A DNA stretch of 64,000 bases from a virus. Under the pieces are notes generated by a model, which saw only the letters and a program-made list of their open reading frames with translations, was not told where the DNA came from and searched no databases. Below, piece by piece: positions 19,989 through 27,932 of this stretch (position 1 is the first letter of the stretch; each line of letters opens with the position of its first letter). Made by a program: the position numbers and the translations under genes. The stretch lies in the IMG/VR virus record IMGVR_UViG_3300007513_001104; one strand, written 5' to 3'.

Positions 19989-20220
19989 TTATTTTCCTCT
20001 CTAACTCGTCTATCTTGTTTGCGAGTAAGGGATAGTCCCTTCTCCATTTAACTTCTTTTTTGGCCACTTCTATATCATATTTTTCAGACAAATAATTCAT
20101 AAATTTATCTACCTTTAACTGAAACCATTTGCCTGCTTTAGTATTTAAAAACCATTTAGCAAATGCTGTACCAAAGGTAGCAGTTGCCATTGATATTAAT
20201 AATCTATAAACTATTAACAT
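19981..20220 (-). CDS. small membrane-associated hypothetical protein
   Basis: N-terminal hydrophobic helix; overlaps neighbours. Confidence 0.55.
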   Translation of the reverse strand: MLIVYRLLISMATATFGTAFAKWFLNTKAGKWFQLKVDKFMNYLSEKYDIEVAKKEVKWRRDYPLLANKIDELERKINE

Positions 20221-20840
20221 TTAAATTCTTCCGCAAGTAGGAATCTTTTAAAGTCTTTATATCCTGTTTCGCCTTCGTTTAACTTCATGCCTTCTCTTGT
20301 TGCTTTATATAATTTTTTAGCATGATCGTCAGCATGGTTAGTATGTAACCCTGCTTTAAACGATTTGTAATCACCATTTCTAGCGTGGTCTCTCATTTTT
20401 GTACCACTAATTCCTGCTACACCTGTAGCATCAGGGTCTCTTTGGCCTGCTGAAAGTATATGTATTTTCTTATAATTGTATTCTTTTCCATTATACTTTT
20501 TAGCTAATGATTTAAAGTCTTTTACTCTATCACTACCAACTACCATTGTTGCGTGTGTATGTCCTTCTTGATTAAACTTCTTTAATTGGGCTAAGAAATG
20601 TGGGTGATCTTTTGTTGAATGCTCAAAATTAACATCTGGATGCACATGTCTTAAAAATTCTTTTTTATGTTCGTGGTGTAAAGGGTCTGCCTTATGATGT
20701 TGTTTATGACTCACTATTACAGCATGATTTGCCCCTATCTTATCTGCATGTGACTTAACTTTATCTACGACTTTGCTATGGCCAGCAGTAGGTGGGTTCA
20801 TACGGCCGTATGAAAATACAATATGTTTGTCTTCTGCCAT
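20214..20840 (-). CDS. HIGH-superfamily nucleotidyltransferase (phage cytidyltransferase-like), His-rich
   Basis: YGRMNPPTAGH, MVVGSDRV, SAGQRDPD, ISGTKMR. 22 His in 208 aa by hand count. Confidence 0.8.
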   Translation of the reverse strand: MAEDKHIVFSYGRMNPPTAGHSKVVDKVKSHADKIGANHAVIVSHKQHHKADPLHHEHKKEFLRHVHPDVNFEHSTKDHPHFLAQLKKFNQEGHTHATMVVGSDRVKDFKSLAKKYNGKEYNYKKIHILSAGQRDPDATGVAGISGTKMRDHARNGDYKSFKAGLHTNHADDHAKKLYKATREGMKLNEGETGYKDFKRFLLAEEFKC

Positions 20841-20841
20841 A

Positions 20842-20892
20842 TTAATTGCTACAAGTACATGGATCGCATTTACAGCTTTCGCATTTGCACAT
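20842..20892 (-). CDS. 16-aa metallothionein-like peptide MCKCESCKCDPCTCSN (not in ORF track)
   Basis: ATG at 20892, TAA at 20844-20842, AGGAGG RBS 5 nt upstream. Three CxC motifs. Stop lies 1 nt before the next ATG. Confidence 0.75.
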   Translation of the reverse strand: MCKCESCKCDPCTCSN

Positions 20893-20906
20893 GATTGCCT
20901 CCTGTT

Positions 20907-21107
20907 TTATTCTTCATCTAATAACTCTTGTATTTCTTCTTCTAGACGATACCATTCCATACCTTTGGTTACTTCTTGCTGTTTTCTCAATTCTTCTATT
21001 CTTTGTTTCTTTCTTCGATACTCTTTTCCTTCTTCAAGCATCTTGTCAACTACTTTCTGCAACTTTTTAAAGTCTTCGTCCCCCATGGTTAACATATCCC
21101 AATACAT
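20907..21107 (-). CDS. small charged coiled-coil hypothetical protein
   Basis: ORF fits the gap; AAGGA RBS. Confidence 0.55.
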   Translation of the reverse strand: MYWDMLTMGDEDFKKLQKVVDKMLEEGKEYRRKKQRIEELRKQQEVTKGMEWYRLEEEIQELLDEE

Positions 21108-21111
21108 ATCC

Positions 21112-22263
21112 TTATCCTTTATTAAAATTAGCAGCGCTAAATTCTTTTCTGTCTACAAATTTAGAAGGTCTGCCATTTCTTATAGCTACAAATCCTTCTG
21201 GTTTACTCTCTGCTCCTGCTATCTCATGCCCCCATTGTGACTTCTGAGATAGAGTGTTGGTTATAATATTCTTGGCCGATTGCAAATGTTTGTGCATATT
21301 CATAGGGCCTTCAAAGTGCTCTTTATTCTTATTTATGTGATCTATTGTATTATCTTTGGTTGTTTGATGCCTGGCCTTAGCTGCGTCAGTTTTTACACCA
21401 TCTATTTTCTTTTGATGTGTAGCTGAATGATGTTCTACAAAACCTTCGTGGGAATGTTCTGTCCCTGTTCTTACCGTGTGGTTTATATACGTTTTTAAAG
21501 CAGTAGAGTGCTTACCTACTGTGTCGTGATGTTCGTCTGGTGTGTTTTTAAAGTGTGCTACTGCTTGTTGTAGGTGATGATCTACTTGTTTCCTGTCCTC
21601 TAAGGAGTATCTATTTTGAGATGTATCGTGTGTAGTATCCATCAAATGAACGTCCTTATGCCCCTTAAAATGGCTCATATCAGGGTTATGTACTGCCTTT
21701 AATGACTTAATGTCCTTGCCTTCGTACTGTGTATGTACTGCTAATCCTAGCTTAGCTTTCGATGCTTTTTTACCGTGTTCTGAATCTGCCGGGGCGTGAT
21801 ATGTAATTGTATTAGGTGTAAATTCTACTCTATTTCCGTTCTGCTTTACCCCTGTGTGCATAACATCTGCTTGATATATGCCTTGTGGTTTAATTTTATG
21901 TGCGTGATCTAATGATGCTTTAAGTTTTTCTACTAAACCTGGCGCATGGCCGTGATTCTTTTCTATATCTTCAGGTGTGTAGTTTATCTTAGGAGTTTTA
22001 TTGAATGCTGATTTAGATGCTACAAAGAACTTCTTTGTTTCAGGATGCTCGCCGAATACAATAGCAGGACTGCCATCGTATTTCATTGTAACAGCTGTGT
22101 CCTTACCACCCTTTCCAGATAGCTTTTTGTGCATATCATTAACGGTGTGAAAGGCATGTCCAAACCCTTTTTTGCCTGCATGTATGACGTGATCTTCGAC
22201 ATGCTCTAGGTGTTTGAGTTTGTCCTCATCTTGTTGTTCAGTTAAAAATTCAGTAAACCTCAT
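21112..22263 (-). CDS. ligase-fold nucleotidyltransferase-like protein (DUF6267-like), His-rich, with capsid-targeting-like N-terminus
   Basis: KHLEHVED, MKYDGSP (KxDG), EGFV, KFVDRKEFS..NF; N-terminus MRFTEFLTE; about 39 His in 383 aa. Confidence 0.7.
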   Translation of the reverse strand: MRFTEFLTEQQDEDKLKHLEHVEDHVIHAGKKGFGHAFHTVNDMHKKLSGKGGKDTAVTMKYDGSPAIVFGEHPETKKFFVASKSAFNKTPKINYTPEDIEKNHGHAPGLVEKLKASLDHAHKIKPQGIYQADVMHTGVKQNGNRVEFTPNTITYHAPADSEHGKKASKAKLGLAVHTQYEGKDIKSLKAVHNPDMSHFKGHKDVHLMDTTHDTSQNRYSLEDRKQVDHHLQQAVAHFKNTPDEHHDTVGKHSTALKTYINHTVRTGTEHSHEGFVEHHSATHQKKIDGVKTDAAKARHQTTKDNTIDHINKNKEHFEGPMNMHKHLQSAKNIITNTLSQKSQWGHEIAGAESKPEGFVAIRNGRPSKFVDRKEFSAANFNKG

Positions 22264-22268
22264 ACCAG

Positions 22269-22276
22269 TATTTATA
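22269..22276 (-). promoter_or_regulatory. T4 late promoter TATAAATA
   Basis: Exact consensus 5 nt before the ATG at 22263, implying a near-leaderless late mRNA. Confidence 0.8.
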
Positions 22277-23042
22277 ATAATTTAATGAACGGAAAATTTA
22301 ATCTCTTCTTTACCGTTCCTTTTAGTTTTCTAACCTCTGACTCTCTTAAAGGAACATAAAAGAACTCATCATCTATATATTTTGTCTTTGACTCGTCACC
22401 TTTTACTATTCCATGTCTCCCTAATCTATCTAAAACAATAGAAGTTTCTGTATATGTTACGTCTGCTCCTGTATCTAAAACTCTTTCTATGAATTCCTTA
22501 TCACCAAAATGGTGGCCTGTGAAAGACTCATCATAACCTCCAGCTTCCCAGAACGTTTCTTTACCTATTACAAAGCAATTTCTATGTCCTGGTTGTTGCA
22601 TTACTGTTTGTTTGGCTGGTACATAAGCATGATGATAATATAATTTGCCTTCTTCAAACTTTTTCCTTTTTAATCTAGCAATATCAGGAGCGTACATACG
22701 CATATCCATATCAAAAAATGCTATGAAATCTGTTTCTGCGTAGTGTGCTATTAAATTTCTACAACCATGTGAGTTGAACCCTAGGTTTCTAGTGCATTTC
22801 CATAGCTGTATGGTGGGTCCTGAATCAGGTATCCAAACATCTTTTAGTATTTCGTATGCTTGAAATATCTCTGAACCATCATCGACGATAAATATATCTA
22901 TTTGATCTGGCCAAGTCTGCCAAACTTTGATTTGTTCTTCTAAACGCTCCGGTTCTTGAAAATAAGTATAACCTGCTGTAAACCTATTCTTCAACCTGGA
23001 TGTTCGTGATGTCTTCTGCGGGAAAGTCAATTGCGTCTCCAT
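22272..23042 (-). CDS. GT-A fold glycosyltransferase (GT2/GT7-like)
   Basis: IVDDGS, FFDMD (DxD), GGYDESFTGHHFGD. Confidence 0.85.
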   Translation of the reverse strand: METQLTFPQKTSRTSRLKNRFTAGYTYFQEPERLEEQIKVWQTWPDQIDIFIVDDGSEIFQAYEILKDVWIPDSGPTIQLWKCTRNLGFNSHGCRNLIAHYAETDFIAFFDMDMRMYAPDIARLKRKKFEEGKLYYHHAYVPAKQTVMQQPGHRNCFVIGKETFWEAGGYDESFTGHHFGDKEFIERVLDTGADVTYTETSIVLDRLGRHGIVKGDESKTKYIDDEFFYVPLRESEVRKLKGTVKKRLNFPFIKLL

Positions 23043-23313
23043 ATCTTAACTGGAAATTTTCGTTATGTGTCAAATTATTTTGTTCATAAACTTCATGACC
23101 TGTTATAACTTCAATAACTGTGGGAGTAATTCTTCCTTCTAATATATGTTGAAGTGAAGTTATCATTGCACCGATTTCCTCTAGTGTAGGAACCTTGTTG
23201 GTTCTGCCTACAATGTATTCTCTACTACCAACTGACTGCCACATAGGAAAGTCTCTACTCTCTCCTTTGGACTCCCAAATGTTAGTGCATGCTACGACCT
23301 TCAGTTGAGGCAT
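22984..23313 (-). CDS. hypothetical protein
   Basis: ORF in the tightly packed minus-strand array. Confidence 0.55.
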   Translation of the reverse strand: MPQLKVVACTNIWESKGESRDFPMWQSVGSREYIVGRTNKVPTLEEIGAMITSLQHILEGRITPTVIEVITGHEVYEQNNLTHNENFQLRYGDAIDFPAEDITNIQVEE

Positions 23314-23479
23314 CGTATATCTCCAGTTTATCTTTTACGTCAGCTATATCTATATTGTTTTTAACAGCTAATGTCTCAGCTGTATGTTTCCAATATGCTC
23401 TAAAGCTGGGTTCCATAGTTCTATTTTCTGCTTTTAAACAGTTAATCACTCTTTGTAGTGCTGTTGTTTTCATTTTCAC
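23282..23479 (-). CDS. hypothetical protein
   Basis: GGAG RBS; overlaps neighbours. Confidence 0.5.
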   Translation of the reverse strand: MKMKTTALQRVINCLKAENRTMEPSFRAYWKHTAETLAVKNNIDIADVKDKLEIYDASTEGRSMH

Positions 23480-23906
23480 TCCTTGCGGTTCTACTTCTGA
23501 GATCAGTTGTGCTAAACGAATGATCTCTTTTATTATAAATTATTTCAATTTTTCTTTGATGGCATATTGCCTTTGCTGTAAATTCCTTACTTTTATATTC
23601 TTCACCTATAATTCTTACATTTAAAGGTAAGGTTAAAAATAAGTCCTCTAAGTCTTTTTCAGTATTGTACATGACTATCTCATCTACAAATTTTACACCT
23701 GCTAATTGTATTTGTCTTTCTACAATACTTTGGACAGGATAATTCTTCTCTGATCTATCGATGGTTGGGTCTACTTGTAAAGCTGCTATTAAATAATCAC
23801 AATGTCTTTTGGCTTCTTCTAACATTACAATATGGCCAGCATGTAGAAAATCAAACGTGCTACATGTTATTCCTACCTTGCCAACATCCTTATAATCTAA
23901 TCGCAT
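23442..23906 (-). CDS. glycerol-3-phosphate cytidylyltransferase-like (TagD-like)
   Basis: STFDFLHAGH, ER..QL, RDHSFSTTDLR. Confidence 0.85.
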   Translation of the reverse strand: MRLDYKDVGKVGITCSTFDFLHAGHIVMLEEAKRHCDYLIAALQVDPTIDRSEKNYPVQSIVERQIQLAGVKFVDEIVMYNTEKDLEDLFLTLPLNVRIIGEEYKSKEFTAKAICHQRKIEIIYNKRDHSFSTTDLRSRTARSENENNSTTKSD

Positions 23907-24394
23907 ACTTCCTTACCCCATCTCTCGATTTCGTCTGTTATATAGTCTGGCAAATCTGAAGGATCACCATCTATTTTATCATGTTCTATTTTAAACCAAC
24001 CACCACTCTCTTCTCTAATGTCTATATCTTCATCTCTCCACCAATAGACACCAGCAAAATTATAAAACTCATCCACATAAGTCATGGTTAATTTAATATT
24101 TGGATCTAATCCGGATAAGTCTTCTGATAATATTCTAAAGAAATTGTTAGGCGAAATCCAGGCGGAAGTAATACTTACTTCTGTTCCCATGAATTCAGTG
24201 ACGTTAGCTTTTCTAGGACCTATGTTGAATTCCATAAATTCAACGTCAGCATATTCATCATCAGGTAAGATGTGAGAATATTCTAGTCCTGTTTCACCGA
24301 TTTCTTCCAACCAGTTAAATACATCTAGAAATGCTTCTTCTGACTCTTTGTTGCCTGATACGAATTTTATGGTGCTATAGACGTTGTTTGCCAT
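23897..24394 (-). CDS. acidic hypothetical protein
   Basis: MANNV start and TSAW.SP motif. Confidence 0.55.
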   Translation of the reverse strand: MANNVYSTIKFVSGNKESEEAFLDVFNWLEEIGETGLEYSHILPDDEYADVEFMEFNIGPRKANVTEFMGTEVSITSAWISPNNFFRILSEDLSGLDPNIKLTMTYVDEFYNFAGVYWWRDEDIDIREESGGWFKIEHDKIDGDPSDLPDYITDEIERWGKEVCD

Positions 24395-24605
24395 TTTTCT
24401 TCCTTTGGTTGACGAATTCTTTTGCCATTTCTTTAGAGTACTCCTCTCCTACTTTTTTATCTGGATTAAATACAAAGTTCGTAAAAACTTCTTCTCCATC
24501 TCTAATATATGTTACCTTGTGCATATGTTCTCCACAGCTTTCTCTACTGTATTCAACATTTGCGCCTAAAAATTCGTCTCCAAAAGAAGCAACTAGCACA
24601 TTCAA
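24375..24605 (-). CDS. hypothetical protein
   Basis: ORF overlapping neighbours. Confidence 0.5.
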   Translation of the reverse strand: MNVLVASFGDEFLGANVEYSRESCGEHMHKVTYIRDGEEVFTNFVFNPDKKVGEEYSKEMAKEFVNQRKKNGKQRL

Positions 24606-24808
24606 TCCTTGCGGAAATGTTTATCAATTGCTAATAGTTTATCTTCTGCCTCAGCAATCTTTATTAATTCTCCATCGATTGCTGCTATAATATCTGGGTG
24701 CTCTCCTATTCCTGCTGGATTTGTCAAGTAGACTATTATGTTAGCTTTGGCAGAGCCTATCTCACCATTGTATTTTGCTACTAAACCTTCTATTAATTGT
24801 TGTTTCAT
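24602..24808 (-). CDS. conserved small phage protein
   Basis: KANI.VYL.NP.GIGEHPDI motif seen in marine T4-like phages. Confidence 0.7.
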   Translation of the reverse strand: MKQQLIEGLVAKYNGEIGSAKANIIVYLTNPAGIGEHPDIIAAIDGELIKIAEAEDKLLAIDKHFRKD

Positions 24809-24821
24809 ATTCTTTCCTGTC

Positions 24822-24897
24822 TGGAGCTAGAGATAGGACTTGAACCTACGACCTGAGGTTTACAAAACCCCTGCTCTACCATCTGAGCTACTCTAGC
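24822..24897 (-). tRNA. trnT: tRNA-Thr(UGU)
   Basis: 76-nt cloverleaf: acceptor GCTAGAG/CTCTAGC, D arm, anticodon loop TT-TGT-AA, GGTTCAAGTCC T arm, encoded CCA. Confidence 0.95.
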
Positions 24898-25099
24898 ATT
24901 TAAATCTAGTAGGCCTTTTATTTTTGTTACAGTAGTCACGCATGCGCTTGTTATATACCTAGGACTCTGTTTATTTATCATAGTTTTTTCTCATCATAGT
25001 TATTTGTGGTGTTTTAGCACTGACGCAAAGGCAAACCACATACCTGTCTCACCTATTCTGTTGCCAATCCAGGTGGCAGATCCGAATCTAAGTCAAAAT

Positions 25100-25143
25100 G
25101 TGCAGGGATACAGGAAAAAATTATCAAACTATATCCCTCCACG
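25100..25143 (-). terminator. hairpin after the HTH gene, overlapping a promoter
   Basis: GTGGAGGGATATAG...CTGTATCCCTGCAC followed by ATTTT. Confidence 0.45.
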
Positions 25144-25148
25144 GTCAA
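25120..25148 (-). promoter_or_regulatory. sigma70-type promoter for the tRNA leader
   Basis: TTGACC-17 bp-GATAAT. Confidence 0.55.
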
Positions 25149-25154
25149 GCATCC

Positions 25155-25409
25155 TTATGAAAAGCTAACGTTAGCTGCGTGTGCTGCTGCTACCATAGCT
25201 CGACTTGGGGTGCCAAGGCGATAAGTTGTATTACCTGCCTTGTTCACGTTGGTATAAATTGCATACCCTGCAGCTCTGAGTTCTGAAACTCTAGCTGGGA
25301 GTTGCTGAATACCAAGACGTGATCTAGCTTGTCCAATAGACAAGCTTTTGCCAGTGTTCAAAAAATTCAAGATTTTTTGAGGCTGACTTACCACTTTACG
25401 AGTTCCCAT
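25155..25409 (-). CDS. winged helix-turn-helix DNA-binding protein
   Basis: QKILNFL.TGKSLS..QA.SRLGI..L.ARVSELR..GY.I...YRLGTPSR. Confidence 0.75.
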   Translation of the reverse strand: MGTRKVVSQPQKILNFLNTGKSLSIGQARSRLGIQQLPARVSELRAAGYAIYTNVNKAGNTTYRLGTPSRAMVAAAHAANVSFS

Positions 25410-25435
25410 GTTATAGGCCTCCATATTATTGGTTA

Positions 25436-25780
25436 CTAAAGCGTCCCTTCATTTACAATCGTGTCAGATGAAACAGCAGGTGCTGCTACATTAACAGTTC
25501 TTGTAGACTTAGGAACATTACGATACACAACCTTTTGCAATGCGTCCCTTACTTCAAATTGAGAAGATAACTCCTCATTTTGTAATAAGAATTTGGATGC
25601 GTCTTGCTTGGTCATGGCTTCCGGTAATTCACAAAACCAAGTATCGGTGTTGTCATTAGCCGTAAGTTTTTTAATACGAGAAACCATATCATTACCAAAT
25701 CTAGCCTTAGTCTGGCCGGATGCTGTAACGCTATAGCCTGCGTATGTAAATAATTGTTCAGTCATAACAAATTTCTCCAT
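25436..25780 (-). CDS. hypothetical early protein
   Basis: TKARFGND..RIKKL...ELPEAMTK; own sigma70 promoter. Confidence 0.65.
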   Translation of the reverse strand: MEKFVMTEQLFTYAGYSVTASGQTKARFGNDMVSRIKKLTANDNTDTWFCELPEAMTKQDASKFLLQNEELSSQFEVRDALQKVVYRNVPKSTRTVNVAAPAVSSDTIVNEGTL

Positions 25781-25791
25781 TTAACATATAC

Positions 25792-25820
25792 ATTATAGAC
25801 TCATACTAAGTATAAGTCAA
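25792..25820 (-). promoter_or_regulatory. sigma70-type promoter with internal dyad
   Basis: TTGACT-tatacttagtatgagtc-TATAAT. Confidence 0.8.
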
Positions 25821-25844
25821 CTACCAATAGGACCAAAAAGCTAA

Positions 25845-26222
25845 TTAAGCAGCTTGTCTTAAAAGCCTCTCTATGAGTGGCTCTTTAGAATAAGATATAC
25901 GATTTTTAAAACAGTAATAACCTGGGTCCTGGTCTGCATCATTAGCATCCATGTCCCATCTTAAGGCTGTTGGTATATCCCTAGCGCCCATTTGAACAAG
26001 TCCACGTAGGTGTGCTTTCCACGCTTTAAACGCTTCGGCTTCCATTACCCTTTCTTGCTCAAATATTTCATCGGCTTCTTTGGAAAGTCTATCATATGAG
26101 TCTCTGGCGTCTTCAACAGTTTCCCAGTCAGGGCAAAACCTACTACCATATGCGCTCTTATGTAGATCGCTATAATAGACTTGGATCTGTTCTAACTCTG
26201 TTAATTCGTCCCATTCTTTCAT
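25845..26222 (-). CDS. hypothetical early protein
   Basis: Probable start MKEWDEL after the promoter at 26254-26282; YSDLHKSAYGSR motif. Confidence 0.65.
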   Translation of the reverse strand: MKEWDELTELEQIQVYYSDLHKSAYGSRFCPDWETVEDARDSYDRLSKEADEIFEQERVMEAEAFKAWKAHLRGLVQMGARDIPTALRWDMDANDADQDPGYYCFKNRISYSKEPLIERLLRQAA

Positions 26223-26253
26223 ATTCTTTACCTTTTTTCCAATTTGTACATAC

Positions 26254-26282
26254 ATTATGCACTCTGGCGAACCAAAAGTCAA
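26254..26282 (-). promoter_or_regulatory. sigma70-type promoter with internal dyad
   Basis: TTGACT-tttggttcgccagagtg-CATAAT. Confidence 0.75.
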
Positions 26283-26875
26283 CCTTTTTCTGGTGTTATA
26301 TCCTCTTGATTTGATTGTTTTTCTGCATAATGTAAGTAGGTAGTTAGTACATATTTGTCTGAATTTGTTGGATTTTTGCACTGATAAGGGTATTCCCACG
26401 TGGGTGGAAACACCACAGCTCTCCCTTTTCTGGGTTCAACTCCAACAGCTTGTCTTGGAAATTCTGTGTTGCCGTCATTATCTGACAGATACACTCTAAA
26501 TGCTACGGCTCTAATAGAATCTGAATTATCCATCACATCTATATGGCCTGCATAACTGTCCTCTGAATTTGCTCGGAACCTGGTAATAAGAATCTCTTCC
26601 ATTCCCTGGTGAGCTATTAAATTTGGTATCTCTAGTTCTTCTAGATATTTGCCATAGAGTTTGGCAATTTGTTCAACTATTCCATTATGAAAGTCTTCTT
26701 CAAAATGGTATCTTGTGTATTCATATCCGGTTGCTGTTAACCCTTGTTCATCTTCAACAGACTTATGAAGGTCTAAATTTAATTTAAATATGTTGATAAG
26801 GTCTTCACAGTTAGAGTCTGAAAAGACACCATCAAATATTCTAAGGGCTCCTAATCTTGGGTTTGTTTTTTCCAT
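26279..26875 (-). CDS. 2OG-Fe(II) oxygenase family protein
   Basis: HID...YLSD..G.TEF...P.KG..VVFP; KYVLTT. The distal His appears to be replaced (YPY). Confidence 0.7.
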   Translation of the reverse strand: MEKTNPRLGALRIFDGVFSDSNCEDLINIFKLNLDLHKSVEDEQGLTATGYEYTRYHFEEDFHNGIVEQIAKLYGKYLEELEIPNLIAHQGMEEILITRFRANSEDSYAGHIDVMDNSDSIRAVAFRVYLSDNDGNTEFPRQAVGVEPRKGRAVVFPPTWEYPYQCKNPTNSDKYVLTTYLHYAEKQSNQEDITPEKG

Positions 26876-27081
26876 ACTATTTTCACTCCACGTCTTACCA
26901 ATTCATTAACATATTGTTGTCGTTTTTTTGGCTTTGTGTTATCATTATTTATAGCATCAAATAATGTCTTCTTTGATTGACATTTTAAATAATAGTGTTC
27001 TTCAACAGACCTATTTGTTGATCTTCCTGTTACTGGATCTTTGAGCCATTTCCTTCCACTGGGTTTAAATTTAGCTGGCAT
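26851..27081 (-). CDS. small basic hypothetical protein
   Basis: Probable start MPAKFKPS. Confidence 0.55.
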   Translation of the reverse strand: MPAKFKPSGRKWLKDPVTGRSTNRSVEEHYYLKCQSKKTLFDAINNDNTKPKKRQQYVNELVRRGVKIVWKKQTQD

Positions 27082-27166
27082 TATTTTTCCTTCTTTCGTC
27101 CCAACGACCAATATAGTATGAAACTATACTCACTATTATAAAGTTCATTATCATATAATATTCCAT
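27071..27166 (-). CDS. 31-aa single-TM peptide (not in ORF track)
   Basis: MEYYMIMNFIIVSIVSYYIGRWDERRKNNAS; TGATG-coupled to the upstream stop. Confidence 0.5.
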   Translation of the reverse strand: MEYYMIMNFIIVSIVSYYIGRWDERRKNNAS

Positions 27167-27573
27167 CACTTCTCCTTCATATTCTTAATTGCATTACCAT
27201 TCTTTTTAATCTCTTCATCTTGAAGAGCATCTATAATTTTCTGTGCCTTCTCTTGTTTGGTATCAACATGTAAGTCCTCGTCAACTATTTTCTCTAATTT
27301 GAGAAATGCTATTCTTTCATTCTGTACATATCTCCATGTATAACCGTCTGTTCCATATACACCAAATACCGTTTCTGTAATCCCTATCTTAACTATAAGT
27401 GCAGGGCAACCGTCTAATATTACTTTATCACCCTCTGCAAATGCTGGACTCATTTTAAATTTAATCCCTTTAACAAAGGACGTAGCCCAATCTCTTAATG
27501 CCAGCGCAACAATGAGCGTAAAGACTGCTCCTAAGAATTCTACATAGAATTGACTTAGTTCTATATCAGGCAT
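27166..27573 (-). CDS. MscS-like beta-domain membrane protein
   Basis: TM helix followed by F.EGDKV.LDG..A.IVKIG...T.F. Confidence 0.6.
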   Translation of the reverse strand: MPDIELSQFYVEFLGAVFTLIVALALRDWATSFVKGIKFKMSPAFAEGDKVILDGCPALIVKIGITETVFGVYGTDGYTWRYVQNERIAFLKLEKIVDEDLHVDTKQEKAQKIIDALQDEEIKKNGNAIKNMKEK

Positions 27574-27932
27574 TATTTTTTCGTGTGATGTTCTGTTGAT
27601 GTACTATTAACATATAAGCCAAACCAAGCTGCTCCTGCTCCTACTAACACTGATATTAAACCAGATTGTGCTACAGTAGGATCTGGCAATGCCATGAACC
27701 AATTTGCTGACTGATATAACAAGTAGATATACATCGTGATAAACACTCTAGGAAAAATTCTCCATCTACTAAAATATTCTGGTGCAACCCACATCCAGCC
27801 TCTCTTGTCAGGCTGTGCCCACCAAGGTCGTAAGTTGGGATCTGTACCGTCACCGTCTGCAGCAGTTTTCAGTGCATTGTAATCAGCTAAACTTATGCTA
27901 ACATGATCGTCTGTTCTATTCTGTTCTGCCAT
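27573..27932 (-). CDS. two-TM membrane protein (possible holin-like)
   Basis: WRIFPR...WFMALPDPT..QSGLISVLVGAGAAWFGLY; TATAAATA at 28002-28009 upstream. Confidence 0.55.
   Translation of the reverse strand: MAEQNRTDDHVSISLADYNALKTAADGDGTDPNLRPWWAQPDKRGWMWVAPEYFSRWRIFPRVFITMYIYLLYQSANWFMALPDPTVAQSGLISVLVGAGAAWFGLYVNSTSTEHHTKK

Noticed and set aside
20846-21070. 74-aa plus-strand hydrophobic ORF
   Set aside because: It is antisense to the 66-aa ORF and the Cys micro-ORF, both of which have RBSs.
24997-25042. preQ1-I riboswitch-like element (TGTGGTT...CCACA-AATAACTA)
   Set aside because: The loop is about twice the expected length, the A-rich tail is too short, and it precedes a tRNA rather than que genes.
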